Source: the human T2T-CHM13v2.0 reference genome, Homo sapiens. Taken from it: 64,000 nucleotides of DNA. The position numbers and the translations under genes were made by a program. This document shows, one piece after another, positions 57,831 through 64,000 of the stretch (position 1 is its first letter; each line of letters starts with the position of its first letter). The stretch is from the NCBI RefSeq assembly GCF_009914755.1, contig NC_060930.1. The stretch is one strand, 5' to 3'. Below the pieces are notes generated by a model. The model had not been told where the DNA came from. It did not search any database and saw only the letters and a list, made by a program, of their open reading frames with translations.

Positions 57831-59349
57831 TGGCCACCAGTGGTCAGACCTCCACCTGAATTACTCACATGTCCCCCACCTGCAAAGCATCCTCATCCTC
57901 CATCCACAGCCCCTAGAAGTCTAATCCTACCACCAATCCCAGCATCAGGCTTCAAGTCAGGATCTTGTGATTGACATCATCTTGATATTCAGCTGCTGCT
58001 ATACGCCATCCAGAGGCTTGTGATCTAAAGACAAGCTACCTGTCCCCCACGTGTCCAACATAATGAGAAGACAGGCGCAGGATCATCAAAATAAGCATCG
58101 TAGCTCAAATAAAGAAAATGAGCAGCATGCGTAGACAGTGGTCTGCAGAGTTCCAAACCCTCACTCTCAATAGTTGGCAGGTCCCATAATTCAAAAGGAG
58201 GAGACAGTCTTTTCTTAAAAGCTCGGTTCTGCACCCTGAAAGTGGCTTTCCAGTCCTTTGGTCATCCTCTCCAGTACCCTTCCATTCCCATCCTCCTTGG
58301 CCACTGCCAGATCCTTGGAAGATATGCCTTTTGAGTAATTGTTTCAGGCTGCTTCCTGTCTGTTTGGAAGGTTGGGAGCCACAGCTATGAATGACAACTG
58401 TTTTTCAGCCTGGACTCATACATGAAACCAAATTTACTATCAAACTTTGAGGTTGAAAAAAATTCAAACGTGCAAAAGCAAAAATTTAAACCTCTCACAA
58501 ACTCTTTCATAGGTTGTTTCTGCAGCATATACTTTCCCAAATCAAGTTGATAAAGAGAAGGCCATGATTCAGGGAACAAGGGGACTTACACAGGGTAGAG
58601 GCAAGCAGTGTCCGACAGGTTCTGATGTGCGGTGGCCCAGCCATCCTGGAGAAGCGAGGGCTACCTGGGAAATTCTATGTGAATAAAGAGGGGAGGCTGC
58701 TTTTCATCTTTTCATGTTGTTTAATGTGTTTGTATTTTTACTTCAAAAGCCCTAAAAGACCAGTCACAACAACCTAGGTGGTCATTTCCACACTACTTCA
58801 TGGTCCTCTGTCTGCAGGACTGTAAGCAGACAATTTCCACAGGGACAGGTGGGAGGCAGAGATTTAGGCAGCAAATACTGTACAAGGAACAACACAAATC
58901 TACTCAACAAAAATCACTTGGGGTCAATGTGGTGGGCGGTCCATGTTACTGGAATGGGGAACTCTGGCTGGGCAGTGAGAAGTAAAATCTGACTGGGAAG
59001 TCAGAAACAAACTCTAGAGAAATAGTGACTTTCTTTTCTGAAATCAGAAAAGGGGAGTGAAATGATCAAAGGAGAACTTCCAAAAGGTTCATGAGATGAT
59101 AAAACATATTAGATAACAAAAATATAGCTTTGAAAGAATAACATGACAAATCTAATCCTGTAAATATTACAATAGTCCATGAAAAACACTTACACTATAG
59201 TGATGGCAAAGAGAATGGAAAGGAGATAAAAGTGTGGCAGATTCTAGAATCGAAATTTAAATAAATCCTTAGATTCACTAGAGTAAGGAGACAGTTGTGA
59301 AGGACTGGCTATACTAGAGTGAAGGCTCCAGCTGGAAACTATAATGTTC

Positions 59350-59574
59350 TGTGCACAACACCATAGAATCTGGAGAATGAAAAAGACAATTGTGCCAAAT
59401 AGCCAGAGATTCAACAGGCAAAACACAAAAAGCTTGATTTTTTAAAGATATTCTGTTTTTATCATGACAAAGAAAAGAGAAATGAGTAGGACAGAGTAAG
59501 CTACTCCAAATTTTTATTAGAAAAGAAGGAGAAATCAGTGGGAAGGTCCAGGTAAAATTTTTTAATTGACATGA
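59350..59574 (+). repeat. ~225-bp direct repeat, left copy (partner 61481-61702), flanking an L1MA
   Basis: Shared ACCATAG.ATCTGG, CAGAGATTCAA, AAACACAAAAAGCTT, GAGTAA.CTACTC, AAGGAGAAATCAG. Confidence 0.88.
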
Positions 59575-59617
59575 TTTTTTTTAAGTAAGTTGTATCATGT
59601 ATATTTAAGTTATACGA

Positions 59618-59968
59618 CAGCGGTCCCCAACCTTTCTGGCACCAGGGACTTGTTTCATGGAAGACAGTTTTTTCCATGGATCGCTGTGGAGTGGCAAGGG
59701 GTGAGGGGGGTGTGCGGGGGCAGGATGGTTACAGGATGAAACTGTTCCACCTCAGATCATCAGGCATTAGATTCTCATAAGGAGCACACAACCTAGATCC
59801 CTTGCATGCACAGTTCACAATAGGGGTTGTGCTCTTAGGTGAACCTAATGCCCCCACTTATCTGACAGGAGGTGGAGCTCAGGCCATAATGGTTGCTAGC
59901 CTGCAACTCACCTCCTGCTGTGTGACCCCATTCCTAACAGGCCATGAACTGGGGGTTGGGGACCCCTG
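59618..59968 (+). mobile_element. MER1B (hAT-Charlie)
   Basis: TIRs CAGCGGTCCCCAACC...GGTTGGGGACCCCTG; GAAACTGTTCCACCTCAGATCATCAGGCATTAGATTCTCATAAGGAG; TSD TTATACGA/ATATACAA. Confidence 0.92.
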
Positions 59969-60262
59969 ATATACAACATAATGTTACGAGATTCACATGG
60001 AGAGAAAACAGTTACTAAAATTAGGCAAATTAATATTATCTATTGTGTCACATAGTTACCTTTTTTGATGGCTAGAACAGCTAAAAGCTCCTTATTTAGC
60101 ATGAATCCTATATACAGTACAGTTTTACAACTTATATTCCTCATGCTGTGCCTTAGATCTTGAGAGTCATTCATCCTACAGCTGCCATTTTGTGTCCTTT
60201 GAGCTACATCTCCCCTCTTTTCCCCTGCCTCTGGTAGCCACTGTTTTGCTCTCTATTTCTGT

Positions 60263-60318
60263 GTATGTATGTATGTATGTATGTATGTATGTATGTATGT
60301 ATGTATATATATATATAA
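60263..60318. repeat. (GTAT)11 followed by (AT)n
   Basis: Direct observation. Confidence 0.95.
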
Positions 60319-61480
60319 TATATATTTAATTCCACATATAAATGAGATCATGCAACCATTTTCTTTATGTGTCTGGCTCATTTGACATAGCATATCTCCT
60401 AGGCTAACCCATGTTGTGGCAAATGGTGAGATCTTGTTCTTTTTCAGGGCCGAATAATATTCCATTGTGTATATGTACTACAGCTTCTTTATCCATTCAT
60501 CCCTCAATGGACACTTAGGTTGTTTACATATTTTGGTTATTGTGAATGCTGCTTCAATGAACATGGGAGTGCAAATGCCTTTATGAGGTGGTGATTTCAT
60601 TTCCTTTGAGTATATTCCCAGAAGGTTGGATGCTGGGTCATATTGTAGGACTATTTTTAGTTTCTTTAGCAACCTCCATACTATTTTCCATAATGACTGT
60701 ACCAATCTACATTCCCACCAGCAGTGTACAAGAATTCTCATTTCTCCACACCCTTGCCAACATTTATCTTTTGACTTTCTGATACTAGCCATCCTAACGA
60801 GTATAAGGTACTATCTTATTATGATTTTGACTTACATTTCCTGTTGATTAATGATGTTGAGCATGTGCTCATATGCCTTTTGGCCATTTCTGTGTCTTCT
60901 TCTGAGAAACATCTGTTCAGATTTTTTGCCTACTTTTCAGTTAGGTTATTTCTTTTTCCACTATTGAGTTGTGTAAGTTTTTTATAAAATTATAAAACTT
61001 TGGATATTGACCCCTTATCTGATAAAGAGTTTGCAAATATTTTTCCCCAATCCACAGTTTACTGTTTCACTTTGTTGTTTCCTTTGCTCTGCATAAGATT
61101 TTTAGTTGGATGAAGGCCCACTTTATTTATTTTTGCTTTTGTGGTCTGAGTTTTTGGTATAATAATTAAAAAAAATCATTGCCAAAGCCAGTGTCCAGGA
61201 ACTTTCCCTTGTGTTCTCTTCTATGGGTTGTACAGTTTCTTGTCCCACATTTAGATATTTTATCCATTTTGAACTGATTTTTGTGTTTGGTGCAAGATAA
61301 GTGTCCAATTTCATTCTTTTGCATGTGGAATCCAGTTTTCCCAGCACCATTTACAGAAGAGACTGTCCTTTCCCCATTGTGTCCTCTTAGTGCCCTTAAT
61401 CAAAAATTACTTGACTGTTTCTGTTTACATTTATTTCTGGGCTCTCTATTCTGTTCCACTGGGCTATCTGTCCCTTTTTA

Positions 61481-61702
61481 TGTTCACAAACCATAGTATC
61501 TGGTGAACAAACAGACTCATAACAAATATTCAGAGATTCAATCTACCAAACACAAAAAGCTTAATTTTTTTAACTCTTCTATTTTTTTAATTAGAAGGAA
61601 GACAGAAACCAGTGGGAAAGAGTAAACTACTCTAAGTTTTTAATTAGAACCAAAGGAGAAATCAGCGGAAAGGACCAATTAAAGTATTTGTAACTCATAT
61701 GA
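61481..61702 (+). repeat. ~222-bp direct repeat, right copy
   Basis: Collinear with 59350-59574. Confidence 0.88.
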
Positions 61703-62279
61703 CATAGCTTTAAGTTAATTTTTTCATTTAATTGGAAATTGGAGAGGACATTAGGGGATATTTTGAATGAACAAATTACACACATATGTAATTTCAGTAT
61801 CAGTTATACAAAAATAATTATCTTAAATCGTTTGAATATTTTTCTAATAGGTACTTTAAATGAAATTAAGCATTTGACCACATGGAGCATTAACTAAGCT
61901 TTGAAACTGAAAGTTATATAGAGAGAGGTTTCCAGGAGATTATCTTAGCAGAGAAAAAGGTGCATGGGATGTAAGACACAAATAAATAAAAGACAAAGCA
62001 GCAACTTCACAGAAAGAAGAAAGAAAAAGGGGCTATGCGACATTAAAAGGAACCTCTCGTCTATCTTCCAAAGTTAATAACGCTATGGTAAATGTTGTGA
62101 CAACGTATTGCATGTCATAAAAATAATATATGTATACATATTCAATAAGAGTGGAGAATCCACAAACATTATATTATTGAGATTTATGGCAGCCCAGACA
62201 ATTAAGAGCTAGAATATTAGAAATGAGTTCCTTCAAGAAATTTGGGGCTGAGGAGCCCAGTACAGGAAGGCTTTCTGGC

Positions 62280-63600
62280 AATGTTGCCAAAGCATCTACA
62301 TTAAACTTGCATAAACATTGAGAATAGTGAAACCACATGGCCTTGACTTCTGCTTCTGAAGATGTGTTAAGTCAGGTGAGCTAAAGCTCAAGAGCCACTC
62401 CCTCACCTCAAAACTATGAGAACAAGAACAAGGAGGCCAAAACTGTTTTCCCCTATCTTCCTTTCTAAACACAATCAGAAACCCTGGAAATAATGCAAGA
62501 AGCAACCAAAGGGGAACTCTGAAGGTAGAAAGAGGAAGAACTGGTGAGGAGCCCAGGACCAGGAGAACAGAACACAAAGCAGCAGAATGTCCAGGGACCT
62601 CCTACCCACCAGAAGACAGTCATCAGGCTTGGCATTTCTGATCCCAACCTGAAAACAGAAGGAGGTCCAGGGCTGCTCCTTCCTTCAGGGATAAAACCTT
62701 CTAATCAGTACAAGCAGGCAAGCTGGCACTTTTGTCAAGGAGATGAATCAGAAGCCCCCTGACAAAAAGCTAGCAGTGGACGGCTGTTTCCTCTTTCTAG
62801 TACCTAGCTGTCAGTTGCCCTGGCTGCCATGAATATCACTAAAGCATCATTTATTTTTTCACTCTCTGAGATATGTGTGTGTGTTTGTGTGTGTGTTTGT
62901 ATGTGTGTGTGTGTGTGTGTGTGTGCATGCCTAATTCCTAAGAAGTCATAAAATCACCATAGTGCCATAGTTCCTTTGTCTGCAGGGAGAGATACTTCCC
63001 TGCTTCACCAAGAGACACTGAGAAGCCAGTCATCACTGACAAAGAGGATTCTCCAGCCACAGCAGCCCAAATGGAGAAAGATCACTTCATCACCAGTTTC
63101 TCTACTCCACCTGGTGGCACCTGGAGGCCTGGCCTGGGGAATGTCCTTCCGCTGCCTCAGGCAGCACCTACAGGGACCAGTGGGAGTCCCAGTAGACTAG
63201 ATAAACCAAACAGATGAAATAGCACCATGGAGGTTCTGCAAACTAAAGTGATACTGTAACCACAGCCCACAAGACATTCCGCAGATAAATCTTGAAAGCA
63301 GTTAGAGCAAAGAGATACATTTCCTATAGGAGTTCACCAATATGGATGACAGCAGAATTTTCATCTGAAAGCCTGGAGACCACAAGGAAGTAGCACAACA
63401 GTTTTCAAACGTGGAAACCAAAAAAGCTGTCAACTGAAAGCTGTGTAGCTGAGAAAACTGTTTTTCCTTTAGGCATGTAGGAGCAATAAAGACATTCTCA
63501 AACTAAGTAAAGCAAATAATTTGTCACTAGCAGAACTTGCATTAAGGAATAGCTCAATGAAACTCCTGAAACAGAAAGAAAATGAGAAAATGGCAGACGT
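62280..63600 (+). mobile_element. Old L1M 5' UTR/ORF1 fragments
   Basis: GACTTCTGCTTCTGAAGATG, ORF1-like GACAGCAGAATTTTCATCTGAAAG, AATAAAGACATTCTCA. Confidence 0.5.
62874..62925. repeat. Imperfect (TG)n microsatellite
   Basis: Direct observation. Confidence 0.9.
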
Positions 63601-64000
63601 TAAGCACTAACATATCAATAATTAATAGTTAAACAAACGATTACATTCATTTCATGGAATATTACTCAACAATGAAAAGAAACACCCTAATGGTACACAC
63701 ATTAATGTGAATGAGTCTCAGAGAAACATGTGGAATGAAAATGTCTAATCCAAAAGGCCACATATTACATGATTTTATCTATATGACATTCTTGAAATGA
63801 CAAAAATTATGAAAATGGAGAACATGTTAGTGGTTGCCAAGGGTTTGTAATGGAACAGGGGAGAGAGTAGGAAAGGATGGAGGTGCATGTGGCTATAAAG
63901 ACAACATGAAGGATCCTTGTGGTGTTGGAATTTTTCTGTGTCTTAATTTTAGTGGAAAGATCATCCTAGATGCACAATAAAAATGCATAGAACTAAACAA
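63600..64000 (+). mobile_element. L1MD-type 3' end (runs off the window)
   Basis: CATTCTTGAAATGACAAAAATTATG, GTGGCTATAAAGACAACATGAAGGATCCTTGTGGTG. Confidence 0.7.

Larger units (their letters stand above)
59575..61490 (-). mobile_element. L1MA (old MA8-MA10 type), 5'-truncated
   Basis: L1MA 3' UTR and ORF2 end (ORF track: KCWQGCGEMRILVHCWWEC); interrupted by MER1B. Confidence 0.85.

Overview
Repeat-dominated, AT-rich primate (probably hominoid; AluY, L1PA, LTR12 and THE1 present) non-genic DNA. I see no credible host protein-coding gene, RNA gene, CRISPR array or prokaryotic system. The longer ORFs I could place are retroelement-derived (L1 ORF2 remnants, Alu antisense ORFs, THE1/LTR12 ORFs) or low-complexity; the rest look like chance ORFs. 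The window holds layered fossils: L2, MIR, L3/CR1, old L1M/L1MA, a young L1PA, about ten Alus, many MaLR/ERV LTRs (a full-length THE1, a solo LTR12, MER41) and MER1B/MER20/MER53 DNA transposons. The structure that repeat annotation does not explain is a set of six local direct duplications of different ages. (i) A recent 416-bp copy sits behind an iterated fold-back filler that resembles a polymerase-theta/MMBIR scar (24342-24825 vs 26722-27136). (ii) A ~225-bp direct repeat exactly flanks an old L1MA insertion, a candidate fossil giant target-site duplication (59350-59574 / 61481-61702). (iii) A 370-bp duplication is coupled to an inversion inside an MLT2 LTR (47510-49107). (iv) Three older or smaller doublets. 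Also seen: a twin-primed L1MA, a tail-less L1PA, a trimeric Alu, a PRDM9-type motif in a THE1/MST LTR, a miR-1302-like MER53 hairpin and a motif-dense repeat-free enhancer candidate. Subfamily names come from recalled consensus sequences, not a RepeatMasker run, and boundaries of old repeats are approximate.
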